Source: Thermofilum adornatum (GTDB taxonomy: Archaea; Thermoproteota; Thermoprotei; Thermofilales; Thermofilaceae). Taken from it: a stretch of DNA of 32,000 nt. Numbering within the stretch: the first letter of the stretch is position 1; every line of letters starts with the position of its first letter. The notes under the pieces were generated by a model that saw nothing but the letters and a program-made list of their open reading frames with translations, was not told the DNA's origin and made no database searches. Below are positions 1 through 9,926 of this stretch, piece after piece. Location of the stretch: positions 330,001-362,000 of the forward strand of contig NC_022093.1 in the NCBI RefSeq assembly GCF_000446015.1, given 5' to 3'. The position numbers were made by a program, and so were the translations under genes.

Positions 1-401
1 AAGATAACCATTGTTATGTTTATGAGGAACCTATAGAAGACCGTATAGCTGACTGCTCTCGGCCAGTCCCCCTTTGTCCTTAGAAATATAGCCCTCGCGA
101 CGTCACCCTCTATGAAGGCCCCGGGCAACAATATGTCTACGAGCCATGCAAGCATCGAGCCACCTAGCGCGTCCCAGAAGGAAAGATTGAAGCTTTTCTT
201 GCAGAGCAACCAGAAGGCCGCGGCGTGTGCAAGGTAGTAGGTCGCCTCAAAGACAAAGATGGGCAACAGGTCTAGTGGCTCGATGTTTGAGAGGGCTTCT
301 AGGAAGTTTTCGACGTTGAAATTGTACAGTGTATATGCAAAGATGACTAGAACGATTAGGAGCTCCAGGACGAGTACAAGCCTCTTCTTTGCTATGGGCA
401 T
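1..401 (-). CDS. Integral membrane protein, flippase-like / UPF0104 (LPG-synthase-TM-like) family; 3' end runs off the left edge
   Basis: Absent from the ORF track because it has no stop in the window. Reverse-complement from ATG at 401-399 reads MPIAKKRLVLVLELLIVLVIFAYTLYNFNVENFLEALSNIEPLDLLPIFVFEATYYLAHAAAFWLLCKKSFNLSFWDALGGSMLAWLVDILLPGAFIEGDVARAIFLR... It stays open to base 1, is hydrophobic, and sits beside a GT2 gene. Confidence 0.55.
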   Translation of the reverse strand, partial: MPIAKKRLVLVLELLIVLVIFAYTLYNFNVENFLEALSNIEPLDLLPIFVFEATYYLAHAAAFWLLCKKSFNLSFWDALGGSMLAWLVDILLPGAFIEGDVARAIFLRTKGDWPRAVSYTVFYRFLINITMVI

Positions 402-470
402 AGCAGGGTCACTTCGGGAATATTTACCTTACTTAGGTTACCGTGTGGGTCTAAAAAAATATTACTAACC

Positions 471-1781
471 ATGAAGATAGCATTTGACGTGAAGATAGCT
501 GTACTCGGAGGTGGACTGGCGGGAACCGCTTTTGCCTACGAGGCGTCGAGACGCGGCTTTAGCGTTACACTGGTAGAAAAGGAGGAAAGGCTGGGGGGCC
601 TTCTTAGGAGCGAAAACATCGATGGATATGTTTTCGACGCTGGGGGCTCACATATACTTTTTTCGCGTGACCAGCGGAGGATGAGGTTCTTTTTGGGGTT
701 GCTTGGTAACAACGTTGTGAGGCATAGAAGGGACGCCCGGGTATACTTTGAGGGGAAGTATGTAAAGTATCCTTTCGAGAACGGGCTATACATGCTTTCC
801 CCTGATTTCCGCTATAGGGCTCTGCGAGACTTGCTAAACAAGTATATCAAGCATAGATGTGGCGAAGCGGAAAATGTCTCGAACTTTGAGGAGTGGATAT
901 ACGCAACCTTTGGGGAGACGATTGCCGACAGCTATCTTATACCCTACAACCGCAAACTATGGAAACGCGACCTAAAACAAATCTCGCTTGAATGGGTCGG
1001 CAACCGTGTTCCGAACCCCCCGCTCGACGACCTCTTGAAGACAGCCGTAGGCATAAACACGGAGGGCTACCTTCACCAGCTCAACTTTGTCTATCCACGC
1101 GTGGGGGGAATACAGGAACTCGTCAATGCGTTTGAGTCAAGGCTGAGAAAAAACGGTAATGTCGAGTTAAGGCTCGGGCAAAGAGTAGATGCCATAGACC
1201 CTAGAGCCAAGAGTATAGTGCTGAGCAACGGCGAGACCCTGCAATACGACAGGGTGGTTTCAAGCCTGCCTCTCCCCGAGGTGGCGAGGATAGCTGGGCT
1301 AAGGGGCTTCCCACACCTCGACTACAATTCCCTCATAGTCGTCGGCATAGGCCTCCGGGACACGAGGCTTCCACGCTACCACTGGGTATATTTCCCAGAC
1401 GAGGAGACAATTTTTCACAGGATAGCGTTCCTAAGCAACTATAGCCCATTCATGGCGCCCCGTAACGGCGCAAACATTATTGCAGAAATAACTGTTCCAC
1501 CCAGCGAGAGGCTCGACCCCGAAAAATCGGTGCAGAAAACAATCGAGGGCCTAGAGGCTGTGGGCTTGATAAGGGGGGACAGGGTAGAGGTTGCCAAGGC
1601 GTGGTTCTGGAAGTATGGCTACGTTGTCTACGACAGGAACTATTCTAAGAACGTTAAACGTGCAAGGCGGGAGCTACGAGACGCGGGTATAATGACCATC
1701 GGCAGGTTTGGGCTGTGGAGCTACCTAAACATGGACGACGTGGTCTTCAGCTCCTTCGAGGCTGCACGCGCCCTGAGGTGA
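471..1781 (+). CDS. FAD-dependent oxidoreductase (amine-oxidase / UDP-galactopyranose-mutase-like fold)
   Basis: 436 aa. N-terminal dinucleotide-binding motif VLGGGLAGTAFAYEASRRGFSVTLVEKEERLGG. C-terminal GRFGLWSYLNMDDVV is typical of this superfamily. ATG start with an A/T-rich box about 20 nt upstream. Confidence 0.7.
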   Translation: MKIAFDVKIAVLGGGLAGTAFAYEASRRGFSVTLVEKEERLGGLLRSENIDGYVFDAGGSHILFSRDQRRMRFFLGLLGNNVVRHRRDARVYFEGKYVKYPFENGLYMLSPDFRYRALRDLLNKYIKHRCGEAENVSNFEEWIYATFGETIADSYLIPYNRKLWKRDLKQISLEWVGNRVPNPPLDDLLKTAVGINTEGYLHQLNFVYPRVGGIQELVNAFESRLRKNGNVELRLGQRVDAIDPRAKSIVLSNGETLQYDRVVSSLPLPEVARIAGLRGFPHLDYNSLIVVGIGLRDTRLPRYHWVYFPDEETIFHRIAFLSNYSPFMAPRNGANIIAEITVPPSERLDPEKSVQKTIEGLEAVGLIRGDRVEVAKAWFWKYGYVVYDRNYSKNVKRARRELRDAGIMTIGRFGLWSYLNMDDVVFSSFEAARALR

Positions 1782-1787
1782 GTAAGT

Positions 1788-2816
1788 GTGCCAGAGAACT
1801 ATCCAAAAGTAAGCATAATAATAGTCAACTTTAAGGGCACTGCTTCTCTGGTGAAGTGTCTAAGGAGCGTGCTCCAGACCGACTACCCGGACTACGAGGT
1901 TATAGTCGTCGACTCTCTAACAGAGAACATTGAGGAAAAGATACGGGAAGAAATAGGGCCCACAGACAGGGTCAAAATTATACATTTCGACAGGGACATA
2001 GGGGCTGCTGGCTCACACAACATTGGCGCGATGGCTAGCTCGCCCCAGAGCAAGTACCTAGTCTTCCTCGACAACGACGTCGAAGTAGAAAAAGACTGGC
2101 TGAAACACTTGGTAAAGACAGCCGAAGAACTGCCCAACGTTGGCTGTGTACAGGCAAAAGTCGTGTCCCAGAGCAACCAGGGCAGAATGGACCACGCGGG
2201 CCTCGCGATAGACTTGACGGCGACGTGGGTCTCCACATACGGCTTCGACGAGCAGATCTTTAGACAGCCAATAGCCCTCTTCGTGGCTTCCTCAGCGGCC
2301 CTGCTAACCCCACGCGAACTATACTTTAGGCTTGGGGGCTTCGACAGTAGCTACTTCATATATGACGACGACACCGACTATACTTGGCGTGTGAGGCTCG
2401 CCGGCTACAATACTGTCCTAGAGCCGCGGGCGGTCGTCCACCACGAAGACAAGATCTCGAGCAGGCTACGGTTTGACAAGCTGTACTTCGGCTACCGGAA
2501 CAGGATACAAAACGTGGTAAAAAACATGGAGCCAGAAAACATGTTGCCAACATTCCTTGTAACACTCTACCTGGGGTACTTGTCGTCAGTTGTGCTCGCG
2601 TTGTCTGGAAGGAAAGAGTCCGCAGCCTACATGCTCGCGGCCTGGAGAGTACTGACGAGCCTCCCGAGAAACATTGCTAAGAGAAGAAGAGTTTACATGC
2701 TGAGAAGGGTCCCAGACAGGGCTTTCTTGCAAAAGGGTTTCATGCAGCGAAACCTCTTCGGGGCAATAACGATGAGTAGGGCCCTCCTTATACGCGCACT
2801 CAAAACAAAAAAGTAG
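1788..2816 (+). CDS. Family 2 glycosyltransferase
   Basis: 342 aa. VSIIIVNFKG...DYEVIVVDS...FLDNDVEV (DxD) is the GT2 signature. GTG start lies 7 nt after the upstream stop, with GGTGA just before it. Confidence 0.85.
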   Translation: MPENYPKVSIIIVNFKGTASLVKCLRSVLQTDYPDYEVIVVDSLTENIEEKIREEIGPTDRVKIIHFDRDIGAAGSHNIGAMASSPQSKYLVFLDNDVEVEKDWLKHLVKTAEELPNVGCVQAKVVSQSNQGRMDHAGLAIDLTATWVSTYGFDEQIFRQPIALFVASSAALLTPRELYFRLGGFDSSYFIYDDDTDYTWRVRLAGYNTVLEPRAVVHHEDKISSRLRFDKLYFGYRNRIQNVVKNMEPENMLPTFLVTLYLGYLSSVVLALSGRKESAAYMLAAWRVLTSLPRNIAKRRRVYMLRRVPDRAFLQKGFMQRNLFGAITMSRALLIRALKTKK

Positions 2817-2914
2817 TCTGAGGCTTTGTGGGAAAAATTCCCTTGCAACAACACATTTATAAGCACCGGTCTACGCTAAGTGCTTGACGTGGTGAACCCA
2901 CGAGCGAAAAGAAA

Positions 2915-3358
2915 ATGTATAACTCGAATATAGAGACAAAAGAAGTAAAAATAGCAGATATAACTCCAAACACACGCAAATTCTCTGTAACCTTTAAAGT
3001 ACTAGACGTTGGAGAAGAAAAAGAAATAACCTCTAGGAGGGACGGCACCTCTCACAGAGTAGCAGACGTCCTCGTAGGAGACGAGACAGGCGTAGCAGTC
3101 CTCACCGCCTGGGACGACCAGATAGACCAGTTCAAAAGCGTAGTTGGAGACACAGTCTCACTTGTCAACGGCTACGTTTCACTCTACCAGGGAAAGCTCA
3201 GGCTCGGCCTCGGAAGATTTGGATCCATAAAGGCCGCAGAAAACAAAATCGAAGAAGTAAACCAGGAAAACAACATTTCAGAGAAAGAGTTCGAAGAAGA
3301 TTTTTCCTCGAGAAGGAGAGGACGCGGCTCTTACCAAAGATCCCGTAGATACTATTAA
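2915..3358 (+). CDS. ssb: Crenarchaeal single-stranded DNA-binding protein (single OB fold with R/G/Y-rich tail)
   Basis: 147 aa. VGDETGVAVLTAWDDQ and the OB-fold pattern resemble Sulfolobus-type SSB. C-terminal tail is SRRRGRGSYQRSRRYY. TTTATAA box near 2856. Confidence 0.8.
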   Translation: MYNSNIETKEVKIADITPNTRKFSVTFKVLDVGEEKEITSRRDGTSHRVADVLVGDETGVAVLTAWDDQIDQFKSVVGDTVSLVNGYVSLYQGKLRLGLGRFGSIKAAENKIEEVNQENNISEKEFEEDFSSRRRGRGSYQRSRRYY

Positions 3359-3410
3359 AGAGTAAAGAAAAAGACTCAACATTTTAGCTTTATTTTTACC
3401 TTGGATATTT

Positions 3411-4778
3411 CTATTCCCATGGGTTTTCCTTTTCGACAACGATTACTACTAGGTCGTTTACATTTGTACCAGTATAGCCTGTCTTTATGTGTCCTCCGGC
3501 TTTCTGGAAGAAGCTGTAGCTGTCATTGTTTTCTAGGTATGCTTCTGGCGAGAGGCCGAGTTTTTGTGCTTTTTCATAGGTATAGCCGTCTACTACTGCT
3601 CCCGCGACGTCTGTGGGCCCGTCCCGGCCATCGCTGCCGGCCGAGGCTATTGCTATCCTTTGTTCTCCCTTCAGGGCTATCGCGGCTGAGAGGGCTAGCT
3701 CTTGGTTTCTCCCGCCTGTGCCCCGGCCTCTGACGGTTACGGTGGTTTCTCCCCCGGCGAGTATGACTGCTGGTGGGGGGACTGGGTTCCCGGTTTTGAG
3801 GACTTCTTTTGCTATGGCTGCAAGTATTTTTCCGGCTTCTCTGGCTTCTCCCTCGAGCATCGAGGTGAGGATGACTGTGTTGTAGCCCATTTCCCGTGCC
3901 TTGCTGGCCATCGCGTTGAGTGAAATTATGTTGCTTGCGATTATCCTGTTATGTACTTTTTCGAATACTGGGTCTCCCGGCTTGGGTGTTTCTGGAATTT
4001 TGCCTGCTATGCCGTCTTCCAGGATCTTCTTGATTGATTGGGGGACCTCTTCCCATAGGCCGTACTTTTTCACTATGTTGACCGCGTCGTGGTAGGTCGT
4101 GGGGTCTGGGACTGTTGGGCCAGAGGCAATTATGTCCATCCTGTCGCCGACGACGTCGCTTATCATGAGGGCTACAAGTGTGGCTGGGTAGGCGTGCTTG
4201 GCGAGCCAGCCGCCCTTAAGCCTTGAAAGGTGTTTCCTGACCGTGTTGAGCTCGACTATGTTTGCTCCTGCCTTCATTAGCTTGATGCTGAGTTCCCCTA
4301 TCTCGTCTATGCCTACACCCTCTACTGGCAACTCTGCTAGGGCGCTTCCTCCCCCCGAGAAAAGCGCGATAACTACGTCCTCGCCGCTTAAGCCCCTAAC
4401 GCTTTCAACTATCCTTTGGCCAGCTTCGACACTTTTCTGGGATGCCCTTGGATGCGTAGCGCCAACTACTTTTACCCTTGAAAGCGAGCCAGAATACTTT
4501 TCTACGAGCTCCTCTGGTATAGAGACTACTCCCCCAGTAATCCTGTTTCCCAGCATCTCTTCTACCGCCAGGGCCATGCCGCCAGACGCTTTCCCACTTC
4601 CAACGACGATTACCTTGCCCTTGAGAGGTATCCTTGTCCAGTCCCCGAGAACGAGGGTGTCGCCGTCCAGTTTGAGGAAATTCTTTACCGCCTTTACTGG
4701 GTCAGCCGCAGAAATCCCCTCGAGAATCAGTGTGACAGCTATCATCCGGGCGTGCTCAGACGCTTCACTCATATGCAT
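3411..4778 (-). CDS. Glycerate 2-kinase (DUF4147 + MOFRL family)
   Basis: 455 aa. Contains GGETTVTVRGRGTGGRNQELALSAA and SAGSDGRDGPTDVAGA, both hallmark MOFRL glycerate-kinase motifs. Confidence 0.85.
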   Translation of the reverse strand: MHMSEASEHARMIAVTLILEGISAADPVKAVKNFLKLDGDTLVLGDWTRIPLKGKVIVVGSGKASGGMALAVEEMLGNRITGGVVSIPEELVEKYSGSLSRVKVVGATHPRASQKSVEAGQRIVESVRGLSGEDVVIALFSGGGSALAELPVEGVGIDEIGELSIKLMKAGANIVELNTVRKHLSRLKGGWLAKHAYPATLVALMISDVVGDRMDIIASGPTVPDPTTYHDAVNIVKKYGLWEEVPQSIKKILEDGIAGKIPETPKPGDPVFEKVHNRIIASNIISLNAMASKAREMGYNTVILTSMLEGEAREAGKILAAIAKEVLKTGNPVPPPAVILAGGETTVTVRGRGTGGRNQELALSAAIALKGEQRIAIASAGSDGRDGPTDVAGAVVDGYTYEKAQKLGLSPEAYLENNDSYSFFQKAGGHIKTGYTGTNVNDLVVIVVEKENPWE

Positions 4779-4833
4779 TATAGACAGAAAACATGTTTAA
4801 AAACTAAATCTGAGGCCTGCCAAACTGCGCGGG

Positions 4834-5403
4834 CTAGGGAAGACCATTGTAGATGGGTATATTTGCGATTACTGGCGTGACGAAGGCTTCTATTATGGCT
4901 GCTACAAATAGGAGCGCGGCCGTCAAGGCGAGTTGCTTCAATAGGGTTATAACCTCGCCGCTGATGTCGATGTCTGCTTTATTCATTATTTTTCTCCAGA
5001 GGTTTAGCCAGAAAATTGTCGAGGCGGCCGCGATGTTTATTATTGCCGGTATCTCTACGACGCCATGCGGGAAAATAGCGAGGAAGGCGGTTATTGGGGA
5101 TGTTTTGCTGGAAGCATATAGATATGCCGCTGAGACGACTGCCCCATTGATGAATAGTATGATGAGGGGCCCCGCTATGAGGATTCCAGAGACAATGATT
5201 AGGAGGGACACGCGTAGATTGTTGGTAAAGATCAGCATCATTAGTAGCAAGGGGGACAAGGAAATATTGAGCCCGCTACGCCTTAAAACGTCCCGCATAT
5301 AGTCAAGTATTAACTGGGTGAGGGATGGGGGTATAAGTAGTCCTGCTATGAGCCCGAGCAGGAAGCCGAGGGCCATGATGGAGAATGCCTTCCAGTACCT
5401 CAT
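4834..5403 (-). CDS. SpoIIM-family (DUF95) integral membrane protein
   Basis: 189 aa, multiple TM helices. FPHGVVEIPAII motif is typical of the SpoIIM/DUF95 family. Confidence 0.55.
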   Translation of the reverse strand: MRYWKAFSIMALGFLLGLIAGLLIPPSLTQLILDYMRDVLRRSGLNISLSPLLLMMLIFTNNLRVSLLIIVSGILIAGPLIILFINGAVVSAAYLYASSKTSPITAFLAIFPHGVVEIPAIINIAAASTIFWLNLWRKIMNKADIDISGEVITLLKQLALTAALLFVAAIIEAFVTPVIANIPIYNGLP

Positions 5404-5443
5404 ATACGCTACCTGTTTCTATTTAGACAGGGGACACAAATAT

Positions 5444-7255
5444 CTATTTTGTTTTTGCGAGTTTAAGCTCTGTAATCGTGACTTTGCCAGCTGAAACCCT
5501 GATGGTGGCAGAGTCGCTGGAGACGTAGACAGGTATCCTGGACGAAGCGTTTGGGGCAACAGAGACGTGGATCTGGCTTGAGTATCCCTCTGCCTGTACT
5601 GCTACGCTGAGAGTAGCTGTTGCCTGGTTCCTGTTTGTCAGCTCTAGGAAGACGTGGCTGTTTGTCCGCTCAGAGATCTTTACCTCGACTGTTTCCAGGA
5701 TGCTTTTTGCTATTTTTCTAGCCTCCGCGAGCCAGGCCTTTATGAATTCTTGTTCCCGCTTGTCGTCTCCGTACCAGTAAAAGTCGCTGTCGAGGCCTAT
5801 TGCGAGGGCCTTGAAGAGGCTGTATAGCGGTGAAGACGGGTCTTTCAGCATTTTTTCTGAGTCTTTTCCGAGTAGCTGGTAGGCCGCCTCGGCCAAGAGC
5901 ATCGTTTCCATTGCTTCTTTCCATAGCTCGTCCTTCACGCCCCCAGTCCACTGCCTGTCTGTTAGCTCTATCCAGGAGCCAGTGGGAAGATAGTTCAGTG
6001 TCCTTTTCGGGGGGTTTTTCGCTAGGTAGCCTGACAGGGTCGTGGGGACGAGGATGTTGCTCTGGTCCATGTATTCAACGATTCTCTCTAGGAAGGATGG
6101 TGCATATTTCCTGTAGTTCGGCATTATCATCCAGTTTTCGCCGTCGAGCGCGATGACTACTATGCCGCCTGGGTGCTGTTCGCGTCTCTTCGCGAGCTCG
6201 ATTACGAAGCGCCTAGCAGCGTTGTCGGCGTCCTCGGGGTCCCTAAAGTCTACGTGGAAGCTTACCCAGTTGCTTAGCGCCAGGTCCCTGAAGAACACTA
6301 CTATCTGGCTTCCAGTGTAGGAGTCCCGGACAAGGTATGGCTGGTAGATGTCCTCCTTGTCTCCGCCCGACTTTATGAAGTGTTGCTCACAGAGAACAGT
6401 GTAGTCTATGCCTAGCGAGCTGTAGAGGCCGACAAGCTCCATGTGCCAGAACATTTCGGGTGTCCACATGCCACGGGGCCGAGTGCCGAGAACCTCCTCA
6501 ACTATGCCGAGTCCGACTGTTATCTCCCAGGACAATAGCTTCCTCAGGAAGTCCTCTAGGCCGTACTGTTTAGCCTTCCTGAACAAGAGGCCCTGCACAG
6601 TGTGGGCATATACGCTGCCTAGGGGCTCGATTTTTCCCTGGGAGACACCCTCCCTTATGGAGTCGAGAAGTGCCTTGATATCCTCCCTGGAGGCGGCCTT
6701 TGAATCCAGCTTGCCCTCGAGGAATAGTTGCCACTGTTCAAGCAGTGATGGGGAGAAGTGGTCTACGTCTATGAATCCAGGCTGTTTCTTGTGGAGAAGC
6801 ATGTGGACCTTGTATGGGCCGCCCTCGTAGGAGTAGAAGTCCCCCTTAGCTACATGTATGAAGGCCCATTCGTCTTTGAGCTTGCCGTCTGGATAAAACT
6901 GTGGCGCCTGGTGGTGGTGCCATACAAACGAAACGTAGATTGGTGGGCCCTCGCTAGCGATGTAGATTGGCTTCTCAACACAGTTAGTTGTCTCTTCCTC
7001 GAAGCAGAAAGACGCGGTGGCCTCCCCCACCGGTAGGTCGAGTTTTACCTCGAACTCGAATGTCCTTTTTTCGTGGGGCGCCAGGGTGATGGGGTCGTAG
7101 ACGACGTAGACTTGTTGCTTTGTGTGTGTCTTTATGTGGAAGAAGGGCGTCCCCTTGGCGGGCTGGTCTTTGTCGTTTTCCACTGTAAAGCTGAATTTGT
7201 GTTTTGAGCCTTTTATATAGACAGCGCTGAGACTGCCGGGCTGTATTTTTGTCAT
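5444..7255 (-). CDS. Glycoside hydrolase family 57 protein (alpha-glucan-active) with an extra N-terminal domain of about 95 aa
   Basis: 603 aa. GH57 regions are recognisable: VWHHHQAPQ (HQP-type region I), SPSLLEQW, GMWTPEMFW (nucleophile Glu region), ALDGENW (acid/base Asp region). Confidence 0.65.
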   Translation of the reverse strand: MTKIQPGSLSAVYIKGSKHKFSFTVENDKDQPAKGTPFFHIKTHTKQQVYVVYDPITLAPHEKRTFEFEVKLDLPVGEATASFCFEEETTNCVEKPIYIASEGPPIYVSFVWHHHQAPQFYPDGKLKDEWAFIHVAKGDFYSYEGGPYKVHMLLHKKQPGFIDVDHFSPSLLEQWQLFLEGKLDSKAASREDIKALLDSIREGVSQGKIEPLGSVYAHTVQGLLFRKAKQYGLEDFLRKLLSWEITVGLGIVEEVLGTRPRGMWTPEMFWHMELVGLYSSLGIDYTVLCEQHFIKSGGDKEDIYQPYLVRDSYTGSQIVVFFRDLALSNWVSFHVDFRDPEDADNAARRFVIELAKRREQHPGGIVVIALDGENWMIMPNYRKYAPSFLERIVEYMDQSNILVPTTLSGYLAKNPPKRTLNYLPTGSWIELTDRQWTGGVKDELWKEAMETMLLAEAAYQLLGKDSEKMLKDPSSPLYSLFKALAIGLDSDFYWYGDDKREQEFIKAWLAEARKIAKSILETVEVKISERTNSHVFLELTNRNQATATLSVAVQAEGYSSQIHVSVAPNASSRIPVYVSSDSATIRVSAGKVTITELKLAKTK

Positions 7256-7314
7256 TTAAAACTCCCAGAAAAAGAGAAAGAAACGGTTAGGTTAATTGCT
7301 TTGTGCCGTGTCGC

Positions 7315-7599
7315 TTATTCTGTCTTGACGAGTTCGATTTCGATTGTTGAGACTGTCCTTTCCTTGCCTGGCTCGCCTACCTTCTCGCTTCCGATCTTTA
7401 TGCTGCCATAGTTGACTTTTCCGCCGAGGAACCTCCTAATGAGTTCGGCGGTGTCAACGGCTCTGCTGATGGCTCTGCCTCTTGCCTTTAGGACGACTCT
7501 TTTGCTTCCGCTTGTGAACTGTGTTACTGCTGCTAAGACGTAGCTGCTTACAGGTTTGTTCCCTACGAATACTGTTCCAGCTTCTGCCATGTTTTCCAC
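7315..7599 (-). CDS. albA: Chromatin/RNA-binding protein Alba
   Basis: 94 aa. VFVGNKPVSSYVLAAVTQF...VVLKARGRAISRAVDTAELIRR matches Alba (Sso10b) throughout. Confidence 0.92.
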   Translation of the reverse strand: MENMAEAGTVFVGNKPVSSYVLAAVTQFTSGSKRVVLKARGRAISRAVDTAELIRRFLGGKVNYGSIKIGSEKVGEPGKERTVSTIEIELVKTE

Positions 7600-7681
7600 C
7601 TTTTTGTTGTTTGGTTTAGTGCGGTATTGTTATGAGGCATCTTTTAATAAATCTTTCGCATAGTAGTGCTTTGACAAAGTA

Positions 7682-9493
7682 CTATTCTTGGCTGGACTCT
7701 TTTTCCTCCATGACGACGTAGTAGTACTCTTTGAGCACTTCTTTTTGGTATCTGTCGAGCCACGAGCCTGGCTTGTTTATCCTCGGCCTCTTCGTGTCCG
7801 GGTCCCTCCTAAAGGTTATGCCGACGTTTCTGAGGAAGAGGTTCATCCCGTCACGCATGTTCATGGGCCTGGTCGCGGTGCCGTGCCTCCCCGGCTCGCC
7901 CTCGAAGACCATTATTGTGTTTGCTAGGAAGTCTATTGCCACAACGTCGTGCTCAACGACGAAGGTTGCTACCCCCTTCTCGGCTGTGAGCCTCTTGACC
8001 ACCCGGGCGACGGCGTATCTCTGCTCCACGTCTAGGTAGGCCATGGGCTCGTCGAGCAGGTAGAGGTCTGCCTCTTTGCCTAGAGCGGCGACAATCATTA
8101 CCCTCTGAAGCTCGCCTCCGCTCAGCTCCTCAACGTAGCTGTCAAAGAGTGAGTGTACCCGTAGCGGCTTTATGAGCTCAGACTGTACGAGCGACGACGA
8201 AGTGTCTACGCCATGCTCCCTGAGGAACTCCCTAACTGTCCCATATGCCTTGACTTCGCCCAGGAACTGTGGCTTGTAGCTGAGGGTGAGAGTCCCTATT
8301 CTCTGTATCCACCCGTTGTCTGGCTCGAGCTCTCCTGCAAGCATCCTCACGAAGGTGGTTTTGCCTATGCCGTTCGGCCCAAGGATTCCTACCACCTCGC
8401 CCCTGTGTATTTCTCCCTCTTCCACTTCTAGCTTGAAGTCTCCCAGCGTCTTTGATAGCTGGCTCCATCTAAGGAGGACTGTCTCTGGCAGGTATGAGGC
8501 CTCGGGGGGCTTCTCGTAGAACTCTAGCCTGTAGTCTCTGAACCTTATGTTTTCTTCCCGGAGGTATCCATCGATATAAGTGTTTATGCCGGCCCTGACT
8601 CCCTTAACGGTGCCAACTATGCCGTAGACGCCTGGCTCGCCGTAGATAATCGCTACAAGGTCAGAAATATAGTCTAGGACTGCGAGGTCGTGCTCTACGA
8701 CTATTAGGTATGTCCCAGGCCTGGCGAGCTCCCTAATCACGCCTGACACTCTAAGCCTCTCCCTGACGTCGAGGTAGCTTGCGGGCTCGTCTATCAGGTA
8801 GACCTGAGCGTCCTTGACAATGGTGGCGGCTATGGCTACCTTCTGCATTTCTCCCCCGCTGAGGGCCTTTACGGGCCTGTCCCATAGGTGTAGCAGTCCA
8901 AGCCTCTCTGCAACTTCTCTAGCCGTCCCCTTCTCGTCCACCTTTTTGAGGGCCTCGCCGACGGTCAGGGTTACCTTTGACAGCACGTCGACTGCCTGGG
9001 GCTTGTAGGCCACGCGTAGCTGGCCGTTCGACAGCTTCTGGAAGTATGTCTGTAGCTCCGACCCCTTGAAGAAGTCTATTATGTCGTCCCATTCGGGGGG
9101 CTCATCTATCATGCCGAGGTTGGGCTTCAGGACTCCCCCGAGGATCTTTAGCGAGGTAGACTTGCCCACACCGTTGCTCCCGAGGATTCCGAGGGCCCTG
9201 CCCTCCTTTGGCACTGGGAGACGGAAGAGCTCGAAGCCGTTTGCCCCATACCTGTGTACGAGGTTTCTCTGGAGCTTCTCTGGGAGGTTCACGATGGTTA
9301 TTGCCTGGTAGGGGCACTTCTTGACACAGATGCCGCACCCCACGCAGAGCTCTTCTGCTATCCTCGCCTTGTTCTCGGCCTCGTCTATCCATACACACTT
9401 GGCGCCAGACCTGTTTATGGGGCAGAACCTGACGCATTCCTGGTTGCACTTGGACGGCCTGCAGAGTGCCTTGTCTATTACGGCTACCCTCAT
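7682..9493 (-). CDS. abcE1: ABCE1 / RNase L inhibitor ribosome-recycling ATPase
   Basis: 603 aa. N-terminal 2x[4Fe-4S] domain (CRPSKCNQECVRFCP, CVGCGICVKKCP) plus two ABC cassettes with Walker A GSNGVGKST / GPNGIGKTT and LSGGE signatures. Confidence 0.95.
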   Translation of the reverse strand: MRVAVIDKALCRPSKCNQECVRFCPINRSGAKCVWIDEAENKARIAEELCVGCGICVKKCPYQAITIVNLPEKLQRNLVHRYGANGFELFRLPVPKEGRALGILGSNGVGKSTSLKILGGVLKPNLGMIDEPPEWDDIIDFFKGSELQTYFQKLSNGQLRVAYKPQAVDVLSKVTLTVGEALKKVDEKGTAREVAERLGLLHLWDRPVKALSGGEMQKVAIAATIVKDAQVYLIDEPASYLDVRERLRVSGVIRELARPGTYLIVVEHDLAVLDYISDLVAIIYGEPGVYGIVGTVKGVRAGINTYIDGYLREENIRFRDYRLEFYEKPPEASYLPETVLLRWSQLSKTLGDFKLEVEEGEIHRGEVVGILGPNGIGKTTFVRMLAGELEPDNGWIQRIGTLTLSYKPQFLGEVKAYGTVREFLREHGVDTSSSLVQSELIKPLRVHSLFDSYVEELSGGELQRVMIVAALGKEADLYLLDEPMAYLDVEQRYAVARVVKRLTAEKGVATFVVEHDVVAIDFLANTIMVFEGEPGRHGTATRPMNMRDGMNLFLRNVGITFRRDPDTKRPRINKPGSWLDRYQKEVLKEYYYVVMEEKESSQE

Positions 9494-9506
9494 CTATGCT
9501 CCCGCG

Positions 9507-9788
9507 CTATTCTTCTTCTCCCGTCTCCTCTGCCTCGGAATAAGTCTCGAGAAAAACCTCGTAGTATTCTTCCTTTGCCTGTTGCCTCTCCTCCTGTGCC
9601 TGGCTTACACTCCTCACGTCGAATACAGAGACCCTTGTCTTCTTTTCCTCTGTCACGGTTTCACGTGTAGAGTAGCCCTCGGTCTTCTTGACCTTGACCT
9701 TGTAGCCGCAAGACGAGCATACAAGGTAGAGGTTTTTCCCCTCTTTTTTGGGAACCATGAGTCCGCCGCACTTTGGGCAAAACTCCAT
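9507..9788 (-). CDS. Small zinc-ribbon protein (RNA polymerase subunit M / TFS N-terminal-ribbon-like) with acidic tail
   Basis: 93 aa. MEFCPKCGGLMVPKK...LVCSSCGYK is a CxxC...CxxC ribbon. There is no second ribbon. The tail is acidic (EAEETGEEE). It lies 13 nt upstream of abcE1 on the same strand. Confidence 0.45.
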   Translation of the reverse strand: MEFCPKCGGLMVPKKEGKNLYLVCSSCGYKVKVKKTEGYSTRETVTEEKKTRVSVFDVRSVSQAQEERQQAKEEYYEVFLETYSEAEETGEEE

Positions 9789-9926
9789 CGGGATATCACC
9801 AGCGTAGGACTTCTTATTAGCTTAAACAACTATTAAAATTTATTTCGCAAGGAAAACTCTGGGAAAAACGGTCTTGGGGCGTGAGCGTTATATAGTTGCA
9901 TTGTTTTTCGGAGCGTGGTGTAAAAC

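Noticed and set aside
259-468. 69-aa plus-strand ORF at the left end
   Set aside because: It is antisense to the better-supported partial membrane-protein gene (1-401, minus) and has no recognisable features.
4198-4800. 200-aa plus-strand ORF, plus 3401-3733, 3613-3885 and 3901-4095
   Set aside because: They are antisense to the well-supported glycerate kinase gene and are S/P/T-rich off-frame products.
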